DNA of 64,000 nt from Chrysomallon squamiferum (GCA_012295275.1 CM022671.1:21142001-21206000), one strand, 5' to 3'. Numbered from the stretch's first letter, positions 1 to 16,800 are shown. Made by a program: numbers and translations. Notes: a model not told the origin generated them from the sequence alone.

Positions 1-786
1 CACTCTGACTGTTAACGCCAAAGAACAAGGTGGGACGAACTCGGTGGATACTACGTTGACTGTGACAATCGACGACGTCAATGACGTCACTCCCACGTGT
101 TCTCCTTCGGTTCTTCATCGAGATGTTACTGAAAACACCGCCAGTGGTAACGTTAAACATTGTTAATTATTTTCAGTGTAAGAAAAAGCACAGGTTTCTC
201 CTTTATTTAATTCGACTGATGTTAAATCAGAGGTGAATATCTAGTTAGTAAATTACATTGTGACTGTTGACTGTTGGAAATCATTCAGTCTGTATAATAA
301 TTTGAGTCGCATTTTAATGCATTCAGTTTGTGATGAGAACAATTTGTTATTTCGTTACAGCAATACAAAATATACAGATTATTTATTTTTATGTAGAGAA
401 ATGAGGCATTTGAATTAAAGCTGATTTTATCTTTGTCGTTCACTGTAATAATAATAATAATGAAAATGACGATACTGATGATGATGATGATGATGATGAT
501 GATATTCTTCATTTTATTACACAGGAACAACTGTTGCTACTCTCAACTGCCCTGACAACGACGCCTCACCTAATGGCGATGTTACACTGACTATTGTAAG
601 TGGTGATGATGCTACCCAAAAGTTCAGCATTTCTGGTATGAATGTTGTTACCACGACAACAGCGACTGATTACGAAACAGTGAACAGCTACACCCTCATT
701 ATTCATGCAGTTGATGGTGGTACCAGTCCAAAAACAGGAACCGCAACTCTTATTGTATTTGTAAGAAACTGTTACTACCACTACCA

Positions 787-826
<40 letters not shown>

Positions 827-3800
827 CACTACTACCACTATTACTACTACTACTACTACTACTACTATTATATGATTGCTAGTCCTTCTACTACAACTGT
901 TATTACTACAGCTGCTACTATAATCATTATTACTTAAACTGCTGCTACTACTTACGTTTATTCTCTGAAAGATAATTTGATTCTAAAATAATTATTACGA
1001 AAAGTAAAGACAATTTACTAATACATTTTAAGGTTTTGGAAAAATTAAACAAAAAAATTATCTTAAAGATATATTCCTTTACAATAACCAGTATGATAAA
1101 CCCATTTCAAAAGAAACAACTCCTTTTTTTTTTTTTTTTTTTTTTCTTTGATCTATAAAAAGAAGCAAAGCTGTAGAATTATATATTTATGATGGTAGTT
1201 TTCTGTTTTTGATTATTTTTATGATGGGTTTTGTGTGATTTGAATATTTCCTTTTTTTTTTATTTAAGTTTGTGTCTGTGTTTCTAGGTGTTACCTGTTA
1301 ATGAAGCCACACCAGCATTTGGAGCATTTGTTCCAGCTGGTGGAAGTTATTCTGTTGATGAGAATGTTGCTGTGGGAACATCCATAGTAACAGTGACAGC
1401 TACAGATTCAGATACTGGCAGTGATGGACAAATAACATATTCTATTCAGTCCATAACATCAAGTATGTTGTTTCTGAATTTATATTTACATTGATGCTGT
1501 AGTAGTAGTTGAAGTAACAGCTGCAGCAATGTCAGTAGTAGCAGTAGCATTAACAGCAGATGCAGTAACAACTTTGGCAACAGTTGCAATAGTTGAAGTA
1601 GTAGTTGAATTAGTAGTTGAAATACTAGTTGTAGTAGTTGTAGTAGTACAAAAAAGTAATAGCAGTACTAGTGGTTACAATAAAAAAATTGCATTATGAT
1701 GTTCAGGCTTGAAACATGATTGATCAGAAATCTCATTTTAAATGATGTTGACCAAATAGATTCTTTCTCACAAGAATATGAGAGACCCATAACCAAATCA
1801 TGTGTGTTAGCAACAAAAAATCATTACATAAACCTTGCCATAAACTGTAAAGCATTTAAAATGGCCTTCTGTTTAGAGAACTGGAACAGACCATGTTCCT
1901 CTGTGTACACAAACCAAGACTGAAAACCATTCAGAAATATGATTTAATGATGACTAAGGCTTGTCAGTTAAACGTCCTTCATACAAAAAACTTAAATTAT
2001 ATCTCGTGACTCTGCAGCTGTTGCTAAATTTTAAAACTGAAAGTGGTTTTATTAAGATTTTAGTTATCTTTAATTTAAACCAGACACAGGCAGCACTGTC
2101 ACAGGATTATTTGGACTGGACTCGGGTACCAGGATTTTATCCACCGCTCAAGCTCTCGACAGAGAGACTGCAGCTTATTATGACATCGTCCTACTCGCAA
2201 CTGACGGTGGCACAGTGCCAAAGAGCAGCAGCAGCACAGTGCGTGTGACACTCAACGACTACAATGACAACCCTCCAGTGTTCGGATCAGCAAGCTACAA
2301 TGGCGGGACATTTCCGGAGACAACGGCAGCAGGTGTCAGCATTGTGACAGTGGCAGCTACAGATGCTGATCAGACATCAGCAATAACGTACTCCATACAG
2401 AGCGGTGATGTTGCTAAATTTGAACTGAGCTCGACTACGTCTGGACTGCTGCAGTTTAAAACTGCAGTGAATCTTGACCAGCCTGACAACCACCCAGCGT
2501 TCTATACACTGCAGATCATAGCCACAGACGGCAGTGCTCCTGAGCTTACTGGCACAACAACCGTCACAGTGTCCATAACAACGGTCAATGAACACACTCC
2601 TGTGTTTGGTGCAACAACACCAACAGCAACTCCATCGGTATGGAAATACTTAAAATTTGTAGTGCTGACAACTTTTAGTTTAATAGCTAACGGTATTAAA
2701 AATTTAAGTTTTTTATAAATAATCTTTTGTTATGATTAATGTGTAAAATGGTTTCATAATTTTTGTCTATAGGTCAACTTCCTAAATTAAATTAATTATG
2801 GAATTTGTAAAAAAGAGTGACTTATACATTCAGACCCAAACAAAAGCAAATACACACACACACACAACATATCCACATGTGCACATGCAATAACACATGC
2901 ACATTAACACATACACTAATTCATACTGATATATATGTATACACCTTCAAACAGCTACATTAATTCAGCACTACCATTCTATATTCCAAAGATGACCACA
3001 GCAACCTGTAGTAAAAACATTACATTTAGTCAACATTTATTTCTCATTGCAACCTTTTCATAATATCAACACTGTGATCTATTTGTATATTTCCTTAATT
3101 TTATGAAGTAAATTATATAAATTGTTTTCTCTTATTCATCAGTTTCCTGAATCTGCTGCGGTTGGCACATCTATTGCAACTGTTGTGGCAACAGACCTTG
3201 ATACTGGTACAGATGGAACAGTAACTTACTCAATTACAAGTGAGTTGATGCTGTATTTTTAAGGTTTTTTTGTTGATTTGTTGAAATATAAGCTGTAAAA
3301 ATATTGTGGCTTTTATGGAAGAATGGCTGCAGGTTAAGTAATGTTTATCTACATGTATAGTATGTGTATGTGTGTGTGTACAAATACACAGGCTTGTGTT
3401 AAGAAAAATGGGGCATGTAGTTTATATCCAAGTTATTTACTGTTTGGAGATGGTGATGATGATGATGATAACAATAATAACAGCAGTAACAGTAACAAGA
3501 CCAACAACAGTGACAAAACAACAGCAATAATAATAATAATAACAGTAATAATAATAATAATAACAACAACAGTAATAATAATAACAATGACAATAACAAT
3601 AACAATAATAACAACAGTAATAATAATACTAATAATAATAATAACTGCAATAATTAAGTGTATAAACCATCAAATACATTTTTTATTTTTTTATTTATAA
3701 AAATCCTATGAATTAATAAATTATACACTCTGAAACACACTGTACATATTATTTTAAAAATGATGATTTAGTCAGTGAATGTGTAATGTATTAAACATTT

Positions 3801-6800
3801 CTCTGTTACAGATGGGAACACAAACACAGACTTTGCTATAGACCCATCATCAGGTGTCATCACATCTCAAAACACCCTCAATGCAGGCTCAACAGCATCA
3901 TACACATTAGAAATCACTGCAACAGATGGGGGAACAACAGCCAAGTCAGCTACAACAGCTGTGACTGTGACAGTGACTGCCGTCAATGGCAACACACCGA
4001 CATGCACACCTTCAGTTATCTATGTGAATCTTTTAGAGTCTGCTAACGTTAATGATGCTGTGAGTTGTTTTATTTTTTTTTTTTTTTCAAATTATCATTT
4101 ATAATTAATCATTTAAACATTTTCCCTTCCCTGTTTCCAAAATAATTTTGTCATGAAACATTTGCAGTCAAATAAATGTCAAAACTTTTCATTATTCTTA
4201 AAATTATTTAACATTATCTGGATTATCATTCATGTTATTATTTAGATTTTTTGTATGTGTTCATTTTTGTCCTTAACAAAAAAAAAAATATTTGCACTTA
4301 CAGACTCTTTAAATTCTTATGAATTAGAAATGAAATTTATTTTAATTCATTCATTTCACAGATTGTCACACCAACATGCAGTGATCAAGACACTGCTGAT
4401 ACTCTGACTTACTCAGAAATTTCTGGTGACTCTTCAAACAATTTTGCTGTTGACAGTTCAACAGGGGCCGTAACTCTGGCTGCAGGTAAAGAGATTTAAA
4501 ATGGGTTAGATTCTTTGTTGTAATATTATTCTTTTGAGGTATGCAATACTTAAGTATTAAATAACTCCATGTTTTTAACAGAGTTTATTTATTTAGTTAA
4601 TTATTTATTATTTCTTTGATTTTAATTAATATTTATCCTGTTTTCATAATTTATTTGTTTGTTTCATTATTTTTTTCATTCTTTCATTTATTTATTTGCA
4701 TTATATATTCTTTTGTTTACTAAGTTTATATACATTTATTTAATTATTTCATGTCACTTATTTATTCATTCTTTACTTTATTCCTTCATTTTATATTATA
4801 TTTATTTAATGATTTTGTATCATTCATTCATTCATTCATTCATTCATTCATTCATTTATTTGTTTGATTACTAATTTTACACTATTTATTTATTTTTTTG
4901 TTATTTATTTATTACTGACTTATTTCTGTATTGCAGTGTGATTCTATAATTTCATACATTTGTTGTTGTAGCTGTAGATTACGACTCTGCTGTGCAGTCA
5001 TACTCACTGGGTATCCAGGTGAGTGACGGAACAAACAACGGCTATGTTACCATCAAAATAACTGTGGATCCGGTGAACGAAGCAACACCATCAGTTTGCT
5101 GGGGCCTACAGCACTCCCGCCCTGTCAGAAAACACCAGCCCCGGGGCATCCATTTATCAGTACACTGCAGTGGACACTGACTACTCCCCACACGCAATTA
5201 CATCATATGCCATCACAGCAGGTAACAACACCCAGCCATATTGAATTGTAATCAGTGATTTAATGATGCCCACTGCTAAAAGAGTGTTTAAAAGATTATT
5301 TTTTTACATATGGCATCTGATAGTTCTTATTGGCTAATTTTCATAAAATTTATTGATTGTGTGGATAATTTGATGTATTTCAGTAACACTGTGATTGTCC
5401 ACTTTGATATTTGAATGGATCCTTGTGCATGGCAATTTTTTAAAAATATTTAAAATATTTTGGCAATGTCAAATATCTATAATCAGTAGACTGTAAATAT
5501 TATTTAAATCAGAAATCACATATTTTGGCAATGTCAAAATAGCATTATTCACTGTGAAGCTTTACTTTTCTACAAGAATCTCTTCTTTTGGTTTAAAAAC
5601 TATAAATTATATTTTAAATATCTGTCGCATTTTTACAGCTTGGTATTGTAACCTTTCCCAGTGATGATATCGATACTGAAAACCAGTTGACTGAACATTT
5701 TTCATGGAAACACAGTAGACTACAAAATTTAATGGAAATCTGAGAGATCTTTTTTCATTATTATTTTTGCAGTCAGCCCTGGAAGCACATCACTGTTCAG
5801 CATTGATGCTTCGACTGGGAAGATCTATCTCTCACAAACACTCGACTACGACACACTGCCAGCAGGCTCTAAATACCACATGATCACAGTGACAGCCACT
5901 GATGGGGGTGGAAAAGTGGTAAGTGACTTAATTAGGTCTGGAACAGTGTTTAAACTATGACAGAAATGTTGTGTGAGTTGTAGACCTGATACTGTATTGA
6001 CGTTACTGTTTCAGTGATAGTATAATAGTTGTAATAATTGTAATAGTTGTAGTAACAGTAGTTGTAGCAATAGTAGTAGTAGTAGTAGTAGTAATATTAG
6101 TAGTAGTAGTAGTAGTTGTAATATAAGTAGTAGTAGTAGTGGTAACAGTAGTAGTAGTAGTAGAAGCAGTAGTAGTAATAGTAATGATAATGATAATAAA
6201 AGCAATGATGATTCTGATACACATGATAATGAAAATAAGAATGATAATAATAATAAAAACAACGATGACTGTTAGTCATAAAAATACATGTAATAATTAT
6301 GATTATGATGATAATATAATGCTAACAACAACAACAATAATACTAACAATAACAATATCAATACATTTTTTTTTTAAATTAACAAAAATAACAACAAGAA
6401 TAACAAAATAATAGTTATTTTCTTCATTATACCTTTGAAGTTACCGTGACTCTGATCTCTGATTTCAGGGCACAGGCACAGTGACTGTAAATGTTGCTGA
6501 CTACAATGATATTGCGCCAACTTGCACACAAACCATTTGGAACATCAACGTGGATGACAAAATAGGTTAGATTAAATTTGTTTTTAAAAAATATTAAAGA
6601 AAATCCCACTACATGATTGCATTTATCCTTCCGTCACATCACAAACAGATTTGTAAGATTTGAATGTTTCAGAGATTAATAAAAATTACAGCAGCTGATA
6701 ATGAACAGATTTACTTTGTTCAGTAATAATTAAAATACATGTTTTATGTGTTTCAGCAAGTTTTCCTCAGACAGTGATTGCTGCTCTTGGATGTTCAGAT

Positions 6801-8258
6801 GCAGAAGGTGCAACGCTGACGTATTCTATGGTCCAGACTCCAGGAACACACTTTGACGTGGCTGCTGATGCTGTAACTGTTACAAGTATGATGGATTTTA
6901 GTACACTGTTATTTACATTTTGGGTGAAAACAAATTCAGGAATTTAATGCACTAATTTCTTCTTTCTCATGAATAAACTGGATTGTTTTTCTCATTTTTT
7001 TAATTCCTTTTACTTGAAAAAATATTAAATTATATTACTTTAATATTTAAATTAAAAATATTTGTATTTAGAAGTAATCTTGATTATGTTACTTTAAAAT
7101 TTAAATTAAATATGTCTGTATTTACATGTGACCTTGATAACTTTAAAACTCAAATTAAACATATATACTTAATCTTGATTGGGTTACTTTAAAATTTAAA
7201 TTACATAAGTCTGTATTTACTTAATCTTGATTAGGTATCTTTATAATTTAAATTAAATATGTCTGTATTTAGTTAATCTTTGATAACTTTAAAATTTAGA
7301 TTAAATATGTCTCTCTATACTTAATCTTAAATTGGGTTACTTTAAAATTCAAATTAAATATGTCTTCTTATACTTATTCTTGACTGGATTACTTTAAAAT
7401 TTAAATTAAATATATAAATATATATATATATTTACAGGTGATCTTGATTATGTCACATCACCATCCCACACTTTGACAATCACAGTATCAGACGGCGGGA
7501 CACCAAACCTGTCAACCGTGGTGACGGTGTACGTCAGTGTAGTTGATGTAAACGATGGTCCACCAACCTTCGCCGGAACATTTTCCAAAACACTGCCTGA
7601 AGATGTTGCTGTCTCCACCTCTGTGGCCGATGTCAGAGCTAGTGACCCCGATGGAAACACTCCTGTGGGTATTTTAGTACATGTAATTACTTCAGGTGAC
7701 TCTAAAAACCAGTTTGCCATTGACTCTACCACTGGACGTGTGACAACAGTCGCTAAACTGGACAGAGAGGCTGACTCGAGCTATCTCCTTGTCATAGAGG
7801 CTCGTGAGCAGGGTGGTGCAAACACTGCAACAGCAACCCTCACCATCACCATCAGCGACGTCAACGACAACCCCCCTGTGTGTACGTACACGACGTTTGC
7901 TGACACAGTCAGTGAGACCCAGGCGGCGCCGTTTGACATCAGAACGTTGTCGTGTGTGGATGCTGACACTGCAGCGTATGGGACTCTGACTTACACACTG
8001 AGTAGCGGAGATTCAACAAAGTTTGAAATGTCTGGGAACATATTCAGACTGTCAGCTGCTCTGGATTACGACACGGGCCCGAATAAATATGACGTCACTG
8101 TCACTGTGTCAGACGGCACTAACAGTATTGATGTTACTGGCACAGTTAATGTTGCCAGTGTTAATGAGTTTTCACCTACATTCACTGGAAGTAAGACTTA
8201 TAATTGTTTATTATTTGTTTTTAGACAATATTTTTTTACACTTAGACCTCTATTTTAT

Positions 8259-8334
<76 letters not shown>

Positions 8335-8630
8335 CATAGACAATTGTCAGAATGCTGTTTTGAAATTGAACTCACAGAAATTTTAGTATGATTGTTGACA
8401 ATTTTTTAAATATAATAATAATAATAATAATCAACATTATCATGCGAAAAACAATAACATAAATGGTTTGCTTATTTATTTTCTTCCTTACTTACTTATC
8501 TATGTACATAATTATTTGTTTTATTTAATTACATATTTATTAACTTACATACTGTCTTACTCATTTACTTGTTTATTTAATTAATTACTTATATATATTT
8601 ATTTACTTATTTATCTGTCTATTTGGCTAT

Positions 8631-8661
<31 letters not shown>

Positions 8662-8713
8662 TTTTATTTATTTATGTATTTATTTATTTGTAAATTTATT
8701 TATTTATTTATTT

Positions 8714-8805
<92 letters not shown>

Positions 8806-8842
8806 TTCATTTATTTATTTATTTGTTTATTTATTCATTCAC

Positions 8843-8881
<39 letters not shown>

Positions 8882-10804
8882 CACAGCACCTTACACAGTT
8901 TCAAAGAGTGAAAGTCTGGCTCTTGGTTCCACTGTTTTCACTGTGACAGCCACTGATGCAGATTCTTCAGCTACCCCAGACGGACAAATCAAGTACGCTT
9001 TCACAACCACGTACCCACAGGTTACCATAGATACAGCAAGTGGTGTCATCATCTTAGCATCCAACCTCGACCGAGAAACATCACCATTGTTGTCATTTGT
9101 TGTGACAGCCACGGATGGGACCAACACTGCAACAGCAACAGTCACTTTAACAGTGCTGGATGAGAATGATAATGCTCCAGTTTTTGCTTCTACAAGTTAC
9201 ATGTATGTTAATAATTTCTGAAGATTTTTTCCTTCTTTTTTTCAACTGCCTTTATGGCTGGCTTTAGTATTAATTTTAACATTTGTTTTGTTTTGTTTTT
9301 TCCTTTATCATTTTAGTTTTATTAGTGATTAATTTAATCTTTTTTTCTGTATTTTTTTTTTTCTCTTTACAATTTATGCCTTTATAATTAAATTTTATGA
9401 TTAATTATATATTTTGTTTTTACTATTTTTCTTTATTTATTTATTATTAATTTTTAATTTTCTTTATTAATTAATTAACTAATTAATTAATTAATTTATT
9501 TATTTATTTATTTATTTATATTTTTGATGGGTAGGATTTGTTTTTTCTTCAAATTAATTGATATGAAGGGAAATCTTTTTTTTATACATTTTCTTGATGC
9601 ATCATAATATCTGCTTGACATAGGATTATCTTTATATTATATATTAACATAAAAGCTTTGACACTTAACATTTAACATTTAACATTATACAGTGGGTAGT
9701 GGATAAATCCTGTTATGAAATAATAAATGCAGAGAGCAGGCTGGTCAGAAAATTATTTAAAATCTTGTGAAAGAACTAATATTCTGAAAACGTGAATAAA
9801 ATTACCATCATTATTATAATCTTCTTCTGTTCTTCGTCTTCATTCTTTTTTCATAATAATATCATCATAATCATCATCATCATCACAATCATCATCATTA
9901 TCATTAGTTTCTTTTTCTTCTTCTAGATCATTCACTTCATAATGTGTTTTGTTTTATTTATAGAAATAGGTTATAATTATTTTTTTGATGTTTTTGAAAT
10001 TCTTCTTTCTCATTTAGTGGAACTCCAGTTTCTGAAGCAGATTCTGCAGGTGCCAGTGTTGTTGTCACAGTTGTTGCTACTGATGCAGATGATCCAGGAA
10101 CATCTGGGAATGGGGTGATAACTTACTCAATCATTGGTTGGTTTGATTATTACTAACAGAATGTCACCTAAGTTTAGAAAAAATCCATATTGACCTTCTC
10201 CTGTATTCTTACTGGTGGCTTTTTCATATAAGCACACACATATATACACTTGCTCCAACACTGACAAAAACACATAACCACACACATACAAACACATATA
10301 TTACATGATGGAAAGAATACATTCATATTCATACACACAGACAAACACCCACATATACAAAGATACATATATGTGTGGTGACATAGGACAACCAGTCAAA
10401 TGGTGAAAATGATCAAAACTCAGATTTTGATGGAATAAGATAAACCACATTCTACAGATCAGTGAAATGTAATGTATAGGGATGTGATGTCAGAGATTTT
10501 AAATAAATCTTGCCAAAATAAGTATGTAGTTTTAGCATAATTTCATTAATTAAGATTTTGACAGATCACACAAAACACAATGGACATGTTTTATTGACTG
10601 TTTTCAGTAAAAAGCATGCATATACATGAAAGACAAGAATTTTTCAAAACTATTTATGGTGAAAAAAAATTGATCTATTGATGCACTGGACTGCATAATA
10701 GGCTGCAACTCAAAATTACATTACATGACATCCGACTGGTTATCCTGTGTCACAACACATATATAAACCACTCACTCATATCTACATTACATTCTTCAGT
10801 ATTC

Positions 10805-10845
<41 letters not shown>

Positions 10846-13800
10846 CATTTACATACATATACATGTACATAACATTGTTGGGTAATATTATTGTTATGTT
10901 TTACAGGAGGAAACACAAATAACGATTTTACTATTGGTTCAAGCAACGGACAGATAACAACAGCAAACCAGCTTGATTACGAAACAACCAGTTCTTACAG
11001 CCTGACTGTTAAAGCAGTGGATGGAGGATCCAAGTCTGCTACCACCATGGTCTCCATCTCAGTCACCAACGTGAACGAGTTTGATCCAGTCTTTACTCAG
11101 ACCACCTACACCACAAGCAGAGCTGAGAACACAGCCATCAACAGTCAGATAGTCCAGGTTGTGGCCTCGGATAACGACATTGGCAATGACGGTGTCATCG
11201 ACTTCACCATGGCTTCTCATGCGACATTTTCTCTATCATCTGATGGATGGATCTCACTGAAATCCAGTTTAGACTATGAAGCGACTCAGTCGTACACACT
11301 GGAAATCGTTGCCAACGATCGTGGCACCACTCCTCAGCGAAGTGCGACAGCAACTGTTAGTATTACTGTTACAGACTTCAACGACAACAGCCCAACTTGT
11401 TCTCCTGATGTCATCTCTCTGACAAAGAGAGAGGACGCCACTGGGAACGTTGCTACTTTGTCTTGCACAGACGGAGACAGTGGGTCTAACTCGGCTTTGA
11501 CCTACACAATCCTCAGTGTCAATGGGGCAGCTGGAGCAGGTCCTTTTGCCATCAGCACTGCAGGCGTCCTCTCCATTAACACTAATCTTGATTATGAGAC
11601 TGCTGTCGCCCATGCTGTTGTAATATCTGTTGTAGATGGAGGAGCAGTAAAATTGTCGACGTCTGTCACTGTCAATGTTGCTGTCACGGATGTTAATGAA
11701 TTTCAACCCGTTCTAACCGGTGCTCCATACTCATACAGCTTACCGGAGAGTGATCCTGTAGGAACAACCCTTTTCACTGTTGCAGCTACAGATGGTGATG
11801 CTTCTGATACTCTGTCATTTTCACTGTCAGACACATCGGCGCTCACTGTTGACTCAGCTTCTGGTGCTGTTGTCCTCAAAGTGCAGCAAGACAGAGAGTC
11901 GACATCATCAATATCTGTAAATGTGTGTGCTACTGACTCCAACACTGTGGATGCTGTGAAAAGTGCATGTGCTGCACTGACTGTCACTGTCACTGATGTC
12001 AATGACAACACACCTGTGTTTAACCCAGCAGTGTATTCAGTGACAGTCAATGAAAATTCAGCTAATGGTAAATAGCAATCTTTATTACAGTTTTAGAAAT
12101 ATTAAAAAGAAACAAGAATGAAGAAAAATTATAAGAAATAATAATCCAGTATTACATTTTATGTAGCAGCTCATGTCATTGTTTTAACTTTTTAATTTTT
12201 TATGTATTTTTATTTATTTACTTATATTCTTTTCTTTATGGTTTTTTTTTTTTGTTACTGTTTTATTTCATGTTTATTCAAGGGTTTTTTTCAAATTTTT
12301 AAACCTATTTTTAAAGCTTCTGATTTTATACAATACAGTAAATTAGAAAGTGATAAATAAAATGTTTTAAACTTCTGTTATCTCAACAGGAAACTCACTG
12401 TTGAAAGTCACAGCCACAGACAGAGATGCAGGGACATTTGGAAGTGTGACATACTCAATATTCAATGGAAACACGGGCAACGTGTTTCGTATTGACTCCA
12501 CCACTGGTGACCTCATCATTAATGACAACGCTGCACTGGACTTTGAAACAAATCCATCATTTGACATGATCATCCGAGCTACAGACGGAGGTGGATTAAT
12601 AGGCAGTGCAACTGTGAGAATCACAACAGGACCACTGAATGAAGCAACCCCACAGTTCTCTGTTAGCTCTAGCACCAAGACATTAGCTGAAAACTCTGCC
12701 ATTGGCACCAATGTGATTGATTTAGATGCAACAGATGCTGATTCAGGGGCTGATGGTGTCATCACTTACTCCATTGTATCGGGTAGCAGTAGTAAATTTG
12801 CCATAAACCCCTCTACTGGAGTAATCACAGTCAGTGGAACTCTGGACAGAGAAACTACTCAGTCTTTCACTCTGACAATCCATGCAGTGGATGGAGGCAC
12901 AAATCCTGGAGCTAAGACAGGCATGTACACTCTGATAGTCGACATTACAGATGTCAATGATGTGACACCATCTTGCTCTAAGACTTACTATGCATCAACA
13001 ATCTCAGAAGCAGCAACAGCAGCTGCAGTAGTTGGACAACCTGTTTGCAGCGATGGTGACTTGGATCCAGCCAATGTAAACAATGCTCTTGCTTTTACCA
13101 AGACTGGTGGAGACCCTGGTGGCTTGTTTGATGTTAATGTCAATACAGGGGAAGTAACTGTTGCATCTGGTGCTTCATTTGACAGGGAGACAACTGCTTC
13201 ATACTTACTAGATATATCTGTCAGCGACAAGGGAACAACACCACTGTCAATTACTATACAGATGTTTGTAGGTTTGAATGGTAAGTATCTTTGTAAAGCT
13301 TAATTTTACTACAAGTTTTAAACTATGTTATTAAAATTATATTTTTCTGTGTTTTTTTTTACAAACATCTTTGTGAAGTTTTTAGAGTTAAAATATCAAA
13401 ATAATTATATAAACTGATATTCTGAAATTAAAATGTCTGTGCCAACTGTGATTTAAAATGTAAGTGGAAGAAGAAAAATATATTGAATAGACATGGTAAG
13501 AAATCCAGGAATATTGTTACTATATATTTGATATATTTTTTAATTATCCACTTTTTGTAGCTTATTATGGTTATTTTCCTTTGTGTGTTGATAATTGTTA
13601 GTGTTATATTTGCCACCAGAGAAAAAAGTTAACATATTTTGAAAGTTGAAATAACTTATTCTTTAATTAGTATATTTCTAATTAAATTTAAAATAACTAT
13701 GTACACCTTTAAAATATTCTTAAGTGCTTTTGAATCATGAAATCCAGCCTTTATCCTGCAAGTTTCATTCCATTTATTATAAAACCAATGTATTTATTTC

Positions 13801-16800
13801 AGAAACTGTACTGTTATAAAAAATACTGTCAAATATTAATGTTATACAGAATATGCTAATTGGTATGTAATCTCACTTCAATTTAATTTTTTTAATCTGT
13901 TTTTATTTCTTGCTTTTTTTTTGTCAGATGTCAATGATAAAACTCCAGTGTTTGGCAGTAACCCATATTCTCCAAGTGTTGGTGAAACAGCCTCTGTGGG
14001 TACAACTGTTGTTACTGTTGCTGCTGCAGATGCCGACATAGGAGTCAATGGTGAGTACATTTGAAATATGAATCATTGAACTGAAAGCATCAAGAGTTAA
14101 AAAATATATAAATAAAAATTCATTATTTTATTATGTATTATAATAAAATATTACTCATACTCTTGTAAATCCATTGAATTAAAAAATATATATTTGGTGT
14201 GTGTGTATCTATCTATCTATCTATAAAGACTTTTACTTTGGAGAGTACATAAGATCTGTATAGTATTGTTATTTTATTATTATAATTATTATTATTATTT
14301 AGAATTACTCCTAATTTATATTAAACCAATAATTAGATCTAAATAATCAAACTTTCCTTTCTTTTGTTACTATTTACTCTGCTCTTTAAGTTTATTATTA
14401 ATTATTCAAAATTAACTTCTTTTATATTGCATCATTTAACCTTTTTGTTGGTTGTATTTCAGCTGAGGTCACATACAGTATAAAATCAGGAAACAGTCTG
14501 GGCCACTTTCAGCTTGATACAGTGACTGGTATTATCACCACAAAGTCTGCACTGGACTTCGAAACTAATCCATCATACACACTGGTTGTAGAGGCTACTG
14601 ACAAAGGAACTCCCAAACTGACTGGAACAACAACAGTGAGTGTAACTGTTACCAATGCCAATGATAACTCACCAGTCTGCCCCTCTGCTGTTTATACTGG
14701 TTCTGTAGCTGAAGATGCAGCTACTTCAACATCATTACTGACCATAGCCTGCAGTGATGCTGATGGGGATACTATCCAGTACAGCATAACAAGTGGACTG
14801 ACTGGATCAGAGTTTGCAATCAGCTCCACCACTGGACAGATCTCAGTTAATGGAGCTCTGGATGCTGAAACTAAAGCCAGTTATTCCCTAATTGTCCAAG
14901 CCTCTGATGGTGTCAGATCAGCAGTGGTTACAGTAGAAATCAGTATTACAGATGTAAATGAGTTTGATCCAGTTTTCTCTCCTGCTGGACCATACAGTGT
15001 GTCCATTCAGGAGAATTTGCCCATTGGTACAACAGTAAAGTCCATCACAGTCACTGATAATGATGTCTCAGACACTACGTTCATCTTCAGCATTTCAGCT
15101 GGGAACACAGGTGATGCTTTTCAGATTGGATCATCTAGCGGTGTTGTTCAGGTTAAAGGGTTACTGGACAGGGAGACTGTTGGCATTTACTCTTTAACAG
15201 TTGATGCTGCTGATGGATCAGGTACTGGTTCCCGGACAGTGCAAACCACACTGACAGTTACTGTAACTGATGTAAATGATAACAATCCAGTCTGCAACCC
15301 AGCCATGTATTATAAGACATTGCCCGAGAACACAGCTGTGGGGACCACTGTTAGCTCCATTCTGTGTACAGACCAGGATTCATCAACTCAAACATTAGCT
15401 TTCAGCATCACAGGAGGTAATGCTGAAGGAAAGTTCAATATTGATTCTGGTTCTGGAGTGGTTACTGTTGCCAATGCACTGGACTATGAAACAACAACCC
15501 AATACACAATTAATGTTGAAATCAGTGATCAAGGCACACCTACATTAACTGCTACATCACTTATCAGTGTGATGGTCGACCCAGTGAATGAGGCAGCTCC
15601 AGTTTTTTCACCTGCCTCTTACACTAAAACTCTGCTGGAGAGTGCTGCAGTTAATGATTTAGTTGTGACTGTTACTGCCACTGATCAGGATAAAGGAAAT
15701 GAGCATGGAACTGTGAGATACAGCATAACAAGTGGTGATGGGTTGGCACAATTTACTATTGATGCTTCATCAGGAGCTATTTCTGTGGCAAAAACATTGG
15801 ACAGAGAAGCTATAGCTTCATACACACTAACAGTGACAGCTACTGATTCAGCACCTGGGTCAGCCGATGCAAAATCAAGTGTAACAACTGTCACCATCAC
15901 TGTTGATGATGTCAATGACAACACTCCAGTGTTAACACCATCGTCATATACTAGCAGTGTTCTTGAATCTGCAACCAGTGGGACAACAGTACTCAGAGTA
16001 ACATCAACTGATGATGATACAGGTGTGAATGGATCACCAGTGTATTCCATCTTGTCAGGCAACACCAACAGTGAATTTGAATTTGTTGGTAACGAATTGT
16101 TAATTGCTTCTGGTAAAACTCTTGATTATGAATCAATAACATTTTACTCTCTGACTATTCAAGTCAAGGACCAAGGAGTTCCAGCTCTTTCCAGCACTGG
16201 AGTGATAAACATCAACGTTCTGTCTGTTAATGAATTTCCACCTGTCCTTGTTGATGCTTCAAAAACAATTAACATCAAAGAGACAACACCAGCAGGAGCC
16301 AACCTGTACAATGCCAGTGCCTCAGACAATGATGCTGGATCTGATGGAATTTTCACATATTCCATTATCAGTGGTAATACTGACAATCTTTTCTTTATCA
16401 ACAGCAACTCAGGAGAAGTTTATCTGTTTGGTATACTGGATTATGACACTCCTCCACAGTCCTATTCCTTGACAATACAAGCTCAGGATTCAGGTGGACT
16501 GAGCAGCACAATGGTTCTGACAGTACAGCTACTGGATGAGAATGATCATACACCAGTATTTACTGCCAACACATACAATGCTGTTCTTGATGAAAACGTA
16601 GCCGGTGGAACATCTGTTGCCAAAGTGACTGCTAATGACAATGACTCTGGTACTAATGGACAGGTGAAGTACTCAATAAAATCAGGTGATGGAATCAGTT
16701 CATTTGATATTGACGCAAGCACTGGAGAGGTCACTACAAAGACAACTGCAACTATTGACAGAGAAGTGAAGGATCAGTATTACCTTGTCATTGAGGGTGC

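Noticed and set aside
3341-3700. Poly-Leu/Ile/Thr/Tyr ORFs (also 285-530, 6003-6411, 8623-8880, 32668-32937, 44591-44862)
   Set aside because: Translations of microsatellites in introns or intergenic DNA.
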